The position numbers were made by a program, and so were the translations under genes. DNA of 63,300 bases, filler included, from an uncultured Methanosarcinales archaeon (GTDB taxonomy: Archaea > Nanobdellota > Nanobdellia > Woesearchaeales > JAGLXL01): the NCBI GenBank assembly GCA_964472345.1. It is 8 parts of 8 records of this genome, joined end to end, with 100 filler letters (N's around TTAATTAATTAA, not from the genome) between each part and the next. Parts side by side here need not be neighbours in the genome. Positions count along the whole stretch, not along the records: positions 50,300 to 57,536 come from CAYYLB010000061.1; positions 57,637 to 63,300 come from CAYYLB010000067.1; 6 more parts are not named here. One strand, given 5' to 3'. The notes under the pieces are model-generated. The model did no database searches, had not been told where the DNA came from, and saw nothing but the letters and a program-made list of their open reading frames with translations. Positions 51,357 through 61,771 of this stretch are shown in pieces; within the stretch, counting starts at the first letter, position 1, and every line of letters begins with the position of its first letter.

Positions 51357-52217
51357 TCATTGCTTTTCGAGAAGCTGCCGGTAGAGATCCGGCCTCCGGT
51401 TCTGAAGGAACCCCCACCCTTTTTTCACGTGCTCGTTCATGGCGAAATCGCACTCCGCGAGCAGAATCTCCTCTTTGTCCCGCGACGCCTGCCCCAGCAC
51501 CCTTCCGAACGGGCCGCTGACAAATGAGGTTCCGAAGAATGTCATATCCCCTTCTGTTCCCGTCCGGTTGATGGCCGCGACATGCACGCCGCTGACGATG
51601 CCATGGGCCCGCTGCGCCGTCACCCATGCCCCAGTCCAGTCACCTTCAGCCTGCTCAACACCATCCACCGTCCCGATAGCCGTCGGATAAAAAATAATGC
51701 CAGCACCATGCAGCGCAACAATCCGCGCCGCCTCGGGAAACCACTGGTCGTAGCAGATCAGCACTGCAATCTTTCCGTATGCGGTGTCAAACACCCGGAA
51801 ACCCGTGTCGCCCGGGGTAAAGTAGTTCTTCTCGTAAAATCCGGGGTCGTGCGGGATATGGGACTTGCGGTAGCTCCCGAGCAGCTTCCCATCGCGGTCG
51901 AAAACAACCGACGTGTTATAATGGCGCCCGTCCGCCTTCTCGTACAGCGAGCCCCCGATAAGCACGACGCCGGCCTCTTTCGCCGCGGAACCGAGCTTCT
52001 TTGTCAGGGGGCCGGGAATGCCCTGGGCGCGCCACTCAACTGCCGCGCGCTCCTCACGGGGAAAGTAGGGATCAAGGAAAAGCTCCGGCAGCGCGACCAT
52101 CTGCGCCCCCTTCGTTGCGGCTTCCCTGATGCCTGCAACCGCCTTCTGCAGGTTCTCCTCCTGCGAGCTGCTCATCTGCATCTGGACGAGAGCGACCGTG
52201 ACTTTTTTGTTTTTCAT
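51357..52217 (-). CDS. aguB: N-carbamoylputrescine amidase (nitrilase family)
   Basis: PELF, YRKSHIPHDPGFYEK, ICYDQWFPEAAR, YPTAIG, RRPDLY; adjacent to aguA. Confidence 0.9.
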   Translation of the reverse strand: MKNKKVTVALVQMQMSSSQEENLQKAVAGIREAATKGAQMVALPELFLDPYFPREERAAVEWRAQGIPGPLTKKLGSAAKEAGVVLIGGSLYEKADGRHYNTSVVFDRDGKLLGSYRKSHIPHDPGFYEKNYFTPGDTGFRVFDTAYGKIAVLICYDQWFPEAARIVALHGAGIIFYPTAIGTVDGVEQAEGDWTGAWVTAQRAHGIVSGVHVAAINRTGTEGDMTFFGTSFVSGPFGRVLGQASRDKEEILLAECDFAMNEHVKKGWGFLQNRRPDLYRQLLEKQ

Positions 52218-52304
52218 CGCTCACAGGAAACAACCGCTTCCTTATAAAATGTCCCGAAAGCGCAGGAACACCTCTCCCAGCCAAGAAAGAGCAATCTGAC
52301 CGGA

Positions 52305-52991
52305 CTACAACCCGCCTGCCATCTGCTCAGCGACTGCCACCGCAACCTCTCCCTGATCCTGATCAAACGCGTCCTGCTCAAGCACCGGCACGAAATAATC
52401 AACGAACGCAAGCACGACCAGCGCGGTCCCGAACCGCTTCTTCGGCTCGATCGTCTCAGAGAGGAAGCGCACGTCGCGCAGCTCGTACTCGTCCGAGAAG
52501 CGCCTGCCGTGGATGTCGGGACCCCGGTACAGGCCGTCGAGGCACGAGTGCAGGTTCGCTTTCGCCTCCTCAACCGCCGCAGGGCCGTTGTACTCGCACA
52601 CCAGCCCGCCGATGGTCGGCCCCCCGCTCTTCGGATAGAGCCAGCCGTACATGATGGCTGCGGTCGCGCGCTCCGCTCCGGTGCCGGTGTCAACATGCGC
52701 CGCCGCCTGGATCACCTTCATCTCCGCGCCGTGCCGGATCATCCGGAAGCCCTCCTCGCGGCTGATCCGCCTCGCAATCGCCGGCATGATGCTCGAGTAG
52801 GCCATGATGTTCGCGCGCTCAATCCCGGCCTGCTGCAGCGCGACATGGTAGCTGCCCGCATGGACCTGATGGTCGCTCTCTCCCTTCCCCGAGGTTTCAA
52901 AGTATTTCCGCGGGATGGGGCAGCCGACCACGATGCCGCGCTTCACCTGCGCTTTTCCGTTGAGATGGCCGGCAGAAAGCAGTGTCGTCAC
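52305..52991 (-). CDS. Pyruvoyl-dependent arginine decarboxylase
   Basis: YFETSGKGES, AL..AGIERANIMAYSSIMP (Ser-Ser cleavage site), GLVCEY; operon context. Confidence 0.85.
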   Translation of the reverse strand: MTTLLSAGHLNGKAQVKRGIVVGCPIPRKYFETSGKGESDHQVHAGSYHVALQQAGIERANIMAYSSIMPAIARRISREEGFRMIRHGAEMKVIQAAAHVDTGTGAERATAAIMYGWLYPKSGGPTIGGLVCEYNGPAAVEEAKANLHSCLDGLYRGPDIHGRRFSDEYELRDVRFLSETIEPKKRFGTALVVLAFVDYFVPVLEQDAFDQDQGEVAVAVAEQMAGGL

Positions 52992-53116
52992 GCTCTTCCA
53001 CCTATCCTGAAAGGTATGAGTAAGAACGTCAGAAACTTACTCCATGGTATTGCCGTTGCCCCGTCACAACCACCCATAATGACCGGGTGCAACCCATCAA
53101 CCTGCAGCTGATCCAT
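52988..53116 (-). CDS. Candidate 42-aa leader ORF
   Basis: MDQLQVDGLHPVIMGGCDGATAIPWSKFLTFLLIPFRIGGRA; its TGA overlaps the decarboxylase GTG (GTGA). Confidence 0.35.
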   Translation of the reverse strand: MDQLQVDGLHPVIMGGCDGATAIPWSKFLTFLLIPFRIGGRA

Positions 53117-53352
53117 TTCTGTTTTGTGCTGAATGCCTCTTTTGAGAATGAAAAGGCATTTCGTTTTCCTTTTTAAATATTTCGGATTTCACTTTCTGTC
53201 GACGAAGAAATGAGGGGGAGTTCCGCGGTATGAGCAGCGCCTGGATGGTTTCAGCGCCGCCGCGGCCTGGCCGGTGGGGTATCAGGGCATTCTTCTTTGC
53301 ACAGCCCCAAACCACGCAAACACTTAAAAAGCCCCCCGCCATCAGCGCAGGA

Positions 53353-53568
53353 ATGGTCCTCACCGCTGAAGAAAAGCAGTTCCTCCGCTCGCTCGTCAGG
53401 CGCGAGCTGCAGGAAACGCAGCAGGATGAGCGCGACTTCGCGACATTCCTGAGCAACTCCCCTGTCCTCAGCTCCCTTATGGAGGAGCGCGACAAGAGCC
53501 TCCCATTCCTCGCATCGCAGGAGCGCTACATCCGCTTCCTGAAAGATCTCGCCAGGAAACTCACATGA
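53353..53568 (+). CDS. Small hypothetical protein
   Basis: MVLTAEEKQF...; ATGA overlap with prefoldin; TATA-like CTTAAAAA about 30 bp upstream. Confidence 0.65.
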   Translation: MVLTAEEKQFLRSLVRRELQETQQDERDFATFLSNSPVLSSLMEERDKSLPFLASQERYIRFLKDLARKLT

Positions 53569-53969
53569 GCGGCAAGGAAGAGCAGGCGCAGGAGAAGTAC
53601 CTTGAGTTCCAGCTGCTCCAGAAGCAGCTCGAGCAGCTCCAAGGCCATCTTGAAGAGGTCCAGACCAAGATTGTGGAGTTCCACCAGACCCGTGACGCGC
53701 TGCACGAGCTCCAGGGCGTCAAGCAAGATGCGGACTGCTTCGTCTCGGTCGCGCAAGGCATCTTCGCGCGCGCGCGCCTGCAGCAGCCCGATGAGCTGCT
53801 CGTCAATGTGGGTGCCGAGACTGCGGTTGTCAAGACCGTTCCTCAGGTCGTCGAGCTGCTCAACCGTCAGATTGAGGAGGTTGTGCAGCTCCACGAGCAG
53901 CTCGAGAGCAACATGGGAAAGCTCAGCGAGCGCATCAACATGCTGGTTGAGGAGATCCAGCAGCTCTGA
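53565..53969 (+). CDS. pfdA: Prefoldin subunit alpha
   Basis: Coiled coils around VSVAQGIF..LLVNVGA..AV.K; precedes ftsY, as is common in archaea. Confidence 0.9.
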   Translation: MSGKEEQAQEKYLEFQLLQKQLEQLQGHLEEVQTKIVEFHQTRDALHELQGVKQDADCFVSVAQGIFARARLQQPDELLVNVGAETAVVKTVPQVVELLNRQIEEVVQLHEQLESNMGKLSERINMLVEEIQQL

Positions 53970-53971
53970 CC

Positions 53972-55495
53972 ATGTTCAAGAAGTTCCGCGAGAAGCTGAA
54001 GGAGGCACTTTCTCTTTTTTCCCGGAAGGCGCAGGAAGAAGCGGAGCCGGCGGAAGAACCCGAGACGGCTGAAGAGCCACGAGCACCCATTGAATCAAAA
54101 AAGCCGGCTCCTGAACCGCTGCGTGCCAAACCTGAGCCCGCGGCAGTAAAGCAGCCGAAAGTCCCATTTCAAGCCAAAGGGAAAGCAGCCGCTGAGCAGC
54201 CGCCATCGCCGGTTCCAAAGCCGGGCGCCAAGGCGCCTCTCCCCCCGGCGCAGGAGACTGCCCAGGCGCAACCCGGGCAGCCGGCTCCACAGCCTCCCGA
54301 GCCGCGTCTTTCCATCCCATGGGAGCGGGAAACAGAAGTAACACCTGCACGGGCACAATCCCCGGCAGCAGCCCCGGCACAGGCGCACCCGCAGGCACCA
54401 AAGCCCGAGCTGCAGGAGCAACCGCCCCCCCCACTGGCAGGAGAACCCCTGGGAGAGGCCGCCCCTGCGCACAAGCAATCGTTCTTCAGGCGTATCTTCA
54501 CGAAACGTGAGCAGCCCGGGCAGGCATCCCACGCTGAGCCGCCTTCCGCGCAGCCAGCGGGAGCATCAGAAACTGCGCCAACGCGCCGTGCTGCGGACGG
54601 CAGCCAGCAGCCCCCTTCCAAAGGCATATTCACCAAAGCCAAGGAGCTGCTCACCACCCGCAGGCTCTCAGGGGAAAAGTTTGACGAGCTCTTCTCGGAC
54701 ATGGAGATTGCTCTGCTCGAAAACAACGTCGCCGTTGATGTCGTTCACAGGATCAAGGCCGATCTCAGGGCAAAGCTGCTCGACAAGCCCCTGCCCCGCG
54801 ACCTGGAAGCGGTGGTCGAGCAGACCCTCAAAGACAGCCTTGACGGCATCATCAGCATCGAGCAGCTCGACATGCTCCGCACCGCTGCAGCAAAAAAGCC
54901 ATTCGTGATCGCATTCTTCGGCATCAACGGCTCGGGCAAGACGACCACGATTGCCAAAGTCGCCGCATTGCTGCAGAAGCACGGCCTGAGCACAGTCATT
55001 GCGGCTGCCGACACGTTCCGCGCTGCTGCGATCCACCAGCTCGAAGAGCATGCCACCAGGCTGAACACCCGGCTGATCAAGCACGACTACGGCGCTGACG
55101 CGGCCGCTGTTGCGTTCGACGCAATCAAGTTCGCCAGGAAGAACAGCAGCGACGTTGTCCTGATCGACACCGCAGGCCGCCTGCACAGCGACCGCAACCT
55201 TATGGACGAGCTGAAGAAGATCGTGCGCGTCGCAAAGCCGGACCTGAAAATCTTCGTCGGCGAGAGCATCACCGGCAATGACTGCATCGAGCAGAGCCAG
55301 CAGTTCAACGAGCACATCGGCATCGACGCCATCATCCTGACGAAGGCGGACGTGGATGAGAAGGGCGGCACCGCCGTGAGCATCAGCTACGTCACCCGAA
55401 AGCCTATCCTCTACCTCGGCACCGGCCAGCGCTATGAAGACCTGCAGCCGTTCACCAAGGAGCTCGTTCTTGAGCATTTGGGGCTTGGGGCCTAA
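53972..55495 (+). CDS. ftsY: SRP receptor FtsY with long Pro/Ala-rich linker
   Basis: GINGSGKTTT, DTFRAAA, DTAGR, TKADVDEKGG, GTGQ. Confidence 0.96.
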   Translation: MFKKFREKLKEALSLFSRKAQEEAEPAEEPETAEEPRAPIESKKPAPEPLRAKPEPAAVKQPKVPFQAKGKAAAEQPPSPVPKPGAKAPLPPAQETAQAQPGQPAPQPPEPRLSIPWERETEVTPARAQSPAAAPAQAHPQAPKPELQEQPPPPLAGEPLGEAAPAHKQSFFRRIFTKREQPGQASHAEPPSAQPAGASETAPTRRAADGSQQPPSKGIFTKAKELLTTRRLSGEKFDELFSDMEIALLENNVAVDVVHRIKADLRAKLLDKPLPRDLEAVVEQTLKDSLDGIISIEQLDMLRTAAAKKPFVIAFFGINGSGKTTTIAKVAALLQKHGLSTVIAAADTFRAAAIHQLEEHATRLNTRLIKHDYGADAAAVAFDAIKFARKNSSDVVLIDTAGRLHSDRNLMDELKKIVRVAKPDLKIFVGESITGNDCIEQSQQFNEHIGIDAIILTKADVDEKGGTAVSISYVTRKPILYLGTGQRYEDLQPFTKELVLEHLGLGA

Positions 55496-55521
55496 GCTGC
55501 TGAATACGGGAACACAGCACC

Positions 55522-55703
55522 GGCGTTATTGAAAAGTTCGCCAATGCCCTAAAATCACCGCAGTGATTTGGGTCCCAGAAGCGCACTTCTGCTGACGGCC
55601 AGTGAGCGCCGGCGTAAGCGGAACGCCTGCCAGGCTTTAGCTCGATGCCAGTCCGAAGGACAAGCGGGTCGAGCGTAGCGAACGGGAACTTTTCAATAAC
55701 GCC
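55522..55703. mobile_element. MITE family A, copy 3 (182 bp, with nested insert)
   Basis: Same TIRs; TSD ACAGCACC (55514-55521, 55704-55711); resembles reverse complement of copy 1 plus an insert of about 50 bp. Confidence 0.92.
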
Positions 55704-55747
55704 ACAGCACCGGAATATTTAAATAGTGCCGCTATCTCCATCAAAAA

Positions 55748-56020
55748 ATGAATGAGAAAAAAGGGCTGGCGATTGCGTCGCTCATCCTAGGCATTATCGG
55801 CATTTTCGTGTTTGGTTTCATCTTGGGCCCGTTGGCCATCATCTTCGGCATCGTCGCCGTGAGCAAAGCCAAGAAGCAGCCAAAAGTGTATGCGGGCAGG
55901 GGACTCGCCATTGCCGGGATTGTGCTCGGTGCGATCGCGTTGGTCCTGAGCATCGTCTGGTTCGTAGTGATCGGCGCGTCGATATTGAGTTTCTTATCTT
56001 CATCAGTGCCCCAGGCGTAA
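55748..56020 (+). CDS. DUF4190-like membrane protein
   Basis: LAIASLILGI...GRGLAIAGIVLG. Confidence 0.85.
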   Translation: MNEKKGLAIASLILGIIGIFVFGFILGPLAIIFGIVAVSKAKKQPKVYAGRGLAIAGIVLGAIALVLSIVWFVVIGASILSFLSSSVPQA

Positions 56021-56083
56021 TCTCAGGGAGCGTGCGGCGTTCTTTTCTTCTTTGTTTTTCCCTTCCGGTGTTATGACAGCGGG

Positions 56084-56749
56084 CTACTGCTCGTAGAACT
56101 TCACACTCCCTTCAAAATAAATCCCTTTCTTCAGCTTCACCGGCCGCCAGTCATCAACCACCAGTGCGGCATCGAGCCACGCCGCAAGCTCCTCGGGATT
56201 GCCGATCGTCGCGCTCAGCGCAATGATCTGCGCATTGACAAGCTGCCGCAGGATCGTCAGCAGGATCTCAAGCGTCGGCCCGCGGCCCGGATCGTTCAGC
56301 AGGTGCACCTCATCGACGATGATTGTCGCGATCTCGCTGATCCACGGCGCATGGTGCCGGATGAGCGAATCAAGCTTCTCGCTGGTGGTGATGATGAGAT
56401 CGTACCCCGCCAGGTAGCCGTCCGAGCTGTCCAGGTCCCCGCTGCTCAGCGCGACTTTTGCCATCGTTCCATAGCGCGCGGTGAAATCGCGGTGCTTCTC
56501 GCTCGCCAGCGCCTTGAGCGGCACGATGTACACCGCCTTGCCTTTCTTTTCAAGGATGCGCTTCATCGCCGCCAGTTCCGCAATCAGCGTCTTCCCCGAA
56601 GCGGTCGGCGTGCAGACCAGCAGGCTCTTGCCATCAAGCAGGCCTGCGCTGACGGCCTTTTCCTGCGCGGGACGGAGCGTGTCCACCTGCCCTTCCAGCA
56701 CGCCCAGCAGCGGTGCGGGAATCCTGCCCTGAAGCTCACGGAGGCGCAT
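56084..56749 (-). CDS. Ski2/Hel308-like helicase, N-terminal RecA domain only
   Basis: LRPAQ, PTASGKT, PLKALA, TSEK, DEVH, SAT, WRPV, then stop; own TATA 30 bp upstream. Confidence 0.88.
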   Translation of the reverse strand: MRLRELQGRIPAPLLGVLEGQVDTLRPAQEKAVSAGLLDGKSLLVCTPTASGKTLIAELAAMKRILEKKGKAVYIVPLKALASEKHRDFTARYGTMAKVALSSGDLDSSDGYLAGYDLIITTSEKLDSLIRHHAPWISEIATIIVDEVHLLNDPGRGPTLEILLTILRQLVNAQIIALSATIGNPEELAAWLDAALVVDDWRPVKLKKGIYFEGSVKFYEQ

Positions 56750-56984
56750 GGGTTTCAGGTATGTATAGCCTATATAAATTATAATGCTCACTTTTATTAT
56801 TGCCCAGCGCCTATAAACACAGCATGGAAGGCAAAGATATCGGGGCGCTTGCCGACCCGCTGGTTCGTTCCCGGGGCGCATTATACGAAACAACGGAAGA
56901 GCAGCGCGCGGACGCACGCACCGACAGAACGAACAGACTCGNNNNNNNNNNATATTTATAGGAGATAAAACCACAAGTGCTCCC

Positions 56985-57536
56985 ATGGAAGTATTGGCTG
57001 AGAAAGGGCAGCGCAGGCGGAGGGCTGGCAAAAGGCCGAATGAGCCTAGTGAAGAAGAGGGATTATTATGTCTCGTAAGCAACCCTGCCGATCGGCGCAA
57101 GGCCGTCGACGAGCTCCTCTGTTCTCTCGGCGACCTCTACGAAAGCATAACCGAGCAAAAACCGGACGGGAGCACCGTCACCACGGAACAGCTCAGCGCG
57201 AGCCCTACCAACTACTTTCAAGCCGTTGAAGCATACGTAAGGTGCCTCAGCAATCTCGTGGAGTATCTGCAGACGCCTGAGGATGGGGTTGTTGCCCGCA
57301 CCCACGCAAAGTATATTGCTTCTTTCACCTCACAGGAGGCATGGGAGCAGAAGAAGAATGACGGCACCTACCCACTGCTGAAGGAAGAAGACTGCTTCGG
57401 CAGGGTAAAACACGTCCATGACGCGGCCCGGCACATCGTGAAATCGCTTGAATCTGAACTCAATGCCGATGCCTCAGTCAGGCCTCAACCACATACTCAA
57501 AATACCTATCAAACGGATTCTCCAGCTCCATCATCC
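56985..57536 (+). CDS. Hypothetical protein, 3'-truncated
   Basis: Open ORF with TTTATA about 30 bp upstream. Confidence 0.55.
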
Positions 57537-57636
57537 NNNNNNNNNNNNNNNNNNNNNNNNNNNNNNNNNNNNNNNNNNNNTTAATTAATTAANNNNNNNN
57601 NNNNNNNNNNNNNNNNNNNNNNNNNNNNNNNNNNNN

Positions 57637-59156
<1,520 letters not shown>

Positions 59157-59311
59157 AGCAGCACCCCTCGCACTTACTGGTTGCAGTGCTGGCCTCGTTT
59201 TGTGCGCTTCTATTTAAGCTTTGTTGTTTTTATAAATACAGTTTTAGTTAAATATACACAATCTAAACTTAAGTGGAAATGCTTATATAGGGGTTTTGTG
59301 TTCCCTTGCGC

Positions 59312-59719
59312 ATGCAGCAGATCATCATCCGGCAGCTCGAGAAGCCACGGGAAAAAGATGCCCATGGCGATGTCGACTGGATGTGCAACAGCTTCGGGTT
59401 GTCGTCTGGGCGGGACATTTCGGCAACGGCACCACGCATCTTTTATGACCTGCTCGAGCGCGTCGCACGGGAGATGCGGGTCCCGTCGGAGGCCATCGCC
59501 GGTGACCTGCGGCTGAGCCCTGCGATCGTGAATTACCATATCCGCAACTTCGCGAGCAGCGGCCTCGTGTTCCGCGAGCGAAAGCTGATCTGCCTGCGCG
59601 GCGGCAGCGTGCGGAACGCGGTGGAAGAGCTGCGGAAGGACGCAAACCGGATGTTTGATGACATCGGCATGATTGCGGACGGGATTGATGCAATGCTGGG
59701 GCTGAAGAACCGGGAGTAG
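59312..59719 (+). CDS. wHTH/ArsR-like regulator divergent from groESL
   Basis: SEAIAGDLRLSPAIVNYHIRNF..SGLV HTH. Confidence 0.75.
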   Translation: MQQIIIRQLEKPREKDAHGDVDWMCNSFGLSSGRDISATAPRIFYDLLERVAREMRVPSEAIAGDLRLSPAIVNYHIRNFASSGLVFRERKLICLRGGSVRNAVEELRKDANRMFDDIGMIADGIDAMLGLKNRE

Positions 59720-59854
59720 CTTTCTTTGCAATGCGTGGAGCGAAGCGAGAGCGCGACGTGGTGCGAGCACCGCAGCAAAGCAAGGAGCGGGGAAGTTTTG
59801 ATGTGCGCCCTAAAAAACGAATAATTTATATACTATAGTATACTATAGTGCCCT

Positions 59855-60073
59855 ATGGCAACCACCATACAGATTAGCAGGAACCTGCAGGATGAGCTTT
59901 CCAAGCGCAAGCTTTCTGAGAGGGAAACTTACGAAGAAGTACTATGGGATTTACTAGAAGACAGTATCGAGATAAACGAAGAAACGAAGAGAGAGCTTGC
60001 TGAATCCCGTGCAGAGATAAAGAAAGGCAAATTCCATACCCTTGAGCGGGTGAAGAAGGAAGCGGGATTATAA
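59855..60073 (+). CDS. Antitoxin (RelB-like, RHH)
   Basis: MATTIQIS..ETYEEV..EIKKGKFHTLERVK; TAATG coupling to the toxin. Confidence 0.82.
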   Translation: MATTIQISRNLQDELSKRKLSERETYEEVLWDLLEDSIEINEETKRELAESRAEIKKGKFHTLERVKKEAGL

Positions 60074-60321
60074 TGTATGGCATACTCTTCTCTGACAAAG
60101 CCCGTAAACAGTTCTTTAAACTAGAAAAACCACTGCAAGAAAGGGTCATAAGCTCTTTAGAGAGGATAAGAATAAGGCCGGAATCTTATGTTACCAAGCT
60201 TGTAGGAGATCCTGCCTATAAACTACGAGTTGGAGATTATAGAATCCTTCTTGATATTGACACAGGAAAGCTCATCATTCTCGTGATAAAAATAGGACAT
60301 AGGAAAAATATCTATGATTAA
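60073..60321 (+). CDS. RelE/ParE toxin
   Basis: KLVG..YKLRVGDYRIL..IGHRKNIY. Confidence 0.9.
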   Translation: MYGILFSDKARKQFFKLEKPLQERVISSLERIRIRPESYVTKLVGDPAYKLRVGDYRILLDIDTGKLIILVIKIGHRKNIYD

Positions 60322-60341
60322 GGCGCAGATCAGAGTTGAAC

Positions 60342-60526
60342 ATACTAGCAAATCTCCTTCATGATTGAACATTTGGGAGATTTGCCAGAATAGTAAATCG
60401 CGACGAAAAAGTTCAGGTATAGAGAAATGCGTTGATTGGTGTAAAAAATAACGCATTTCTAATATGAATCTTTGCCTAAAAACTTAACTTATTAACGCAA
60501 AGATTCATATCATTGCGATTTACTAT
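60342..60526. repeat. Chained and nested palindrome array containing twin-palindrome copy 2 (60418-60510)
   Basis: GCAAATCTCC/GGAGATTTGC pair; ATAGTAAATCGC (60390-60401) and GCGATTTACTAT (60515-60526) enclose the 93-bp unit. Confidence 0.88.
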
Positions 60527-60748
60527 GATTGCGGCGCCTGCGATGATGCGGGCGGTACACCACAGAATTTGTGCACGCTCGGCAGTTACTTCCGCCGACC
60601 ATTGCCTTGCGGCGAGGTCCGGGTGTTCACATCGTCATCGCGTGTTGCACTGGCCAGGATGAGAGAGCAGGATGCTTTTAAGGTTTGCTGTGGCCGGCGC
60701 GCAACAGAGCAATTTTTCTCGCAGAAAATTCCATTGCTACCCAAGAGC

Positions 60749-61771
60749 CTATCCCATGCTCATATCCACGCACATCCTCCAGACGTACGGCGCGTGATGG
60801 CCGGCTTTGACGATGCGGAGAATTTTGCAGTGCTTCCGCTGCTGCCTGCAGATTGCGCGGATCTTCCCTTTTTCCTGCTGCAGGGCAGCTTCTCCGAGGA
60901 AGGTGTAGTAATGGATGGTGCCGTTCTTTTTGAGGTGCTGCAACGCGAGCGGCAAGAAGCCCCCTCCTGTCTTGGGCAGGGGCATGACGATGCGGTCGAA
61001 CTTCATTTTAAGCTTGGGCAGGACGGTGCGGACGTCGCCCACGTGAAGCGCAATCCTCCCTTCGAGCTTGTTCAGCTTCACATTCTCAAGGGCATAGCGG
61101 TGCGCGGACGGATTCAGCTCAATGCCGGTGACGCGCCTGGCAGCGCTGTGCCTGGCGATCACGCAGCAGTACGGGGCGCAGCCGGAGAACATGACAAGCA
61201 CTTCTTCGCCATTTTTTACCTGCCGTGCGATGCGCAGGCGCTCGGCAGCGAGCCGCGGGCTGAAGTACATCTTTTCAAGGTGGACGTGAAAGCGCAGGCC
61301 GCTCTCCCGGTGGATGGTTTCTTTTTTCCTCCTGCCTGCGAGTATCGTGAGCCTGCGGGTGCGGTACCTGCCTGCGTGGATGCGGCTTTTCTTCGCGACA
61401 GTCGCGATGTTGGGGAAAGCGCCAAGGTAGGCTGCCGCAATCTTTTTTTCTTTCCTTTCCAGCCCGTTCGGCAGCTCGAGGATGAGGATATCGCCGACGA
61501 CGTCGAAGGCATGGGGGAGCAGGCCCAGTTCCGCCGGCGTGAGAATGCTTTTGAGCCCGTGAGCGACAGAAGGTGAGCGGTGGCGCAGCGGGCAGTCCGC
61601 CTGGACGATGCGTGCGGCCCTGAATGGCAACAAGGCCCTTTTCCTTATGGGGAAGTAGATGAATGTCTCGTCTTTCTTGATCTGATGATCGGTGTCTGCC
61701 AGATCCTGCGCCCGGAGAAACGCCCGCACCTTCTCAGCATCAGCAAATGAAACACGGACGGCTAGAACCAT
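60749..61771 (-). CDS. trm5: Trm5/Tyw2-family tRNA methyltransferase
   Basis: FDVVGDI, GRYRTR, YFSPRL..ER, VMFSGCAP, ELNP, FDRIVMPLP, IHYY. Confidence 0.85.
   Translation of the reverse strand: MVLAVRVSFADAEKVRAFLRAQDLADTDHQIKKDETFIYFPIRKRALLPFRAARIVQADCPLRHRSPSVAHGLKSILTPAELGLLPHAFDVVGDILILELPNGLERKEKKIAAAYLGAFPNIATVAKKSRIHAGRYRTRRLTILAGRRKKETIHRESGLRFHVHLEKMYFSPRLAAERLRIARQVKNGEEVLVMFSGCAPYCCVIARHSAARRVTGIELNPSAHRYALENVKLNKLEGRIALHVGDVRTVLPKLKMKFDRIVMPLPKTGGGFLPLALQHLKKNGTIHYYTFLGEAALQQEKGKIRAICRQQRKHCKILRIVKAGHHAPYVWRMCVDMSMG

Noticed and set aside
53972..54650. Long Pro-rich FtsY N-terminus as an inserted element
   Set aside because: No TIR remnants were found, and variable disordered N-terminal regions are normal for FtsY.
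60743..60757. Complete family D element at the trm5 3' end
   Set aside because: Only one 15-bp end matches, it overlaps the trm5 stop codon, and no partner end was found.
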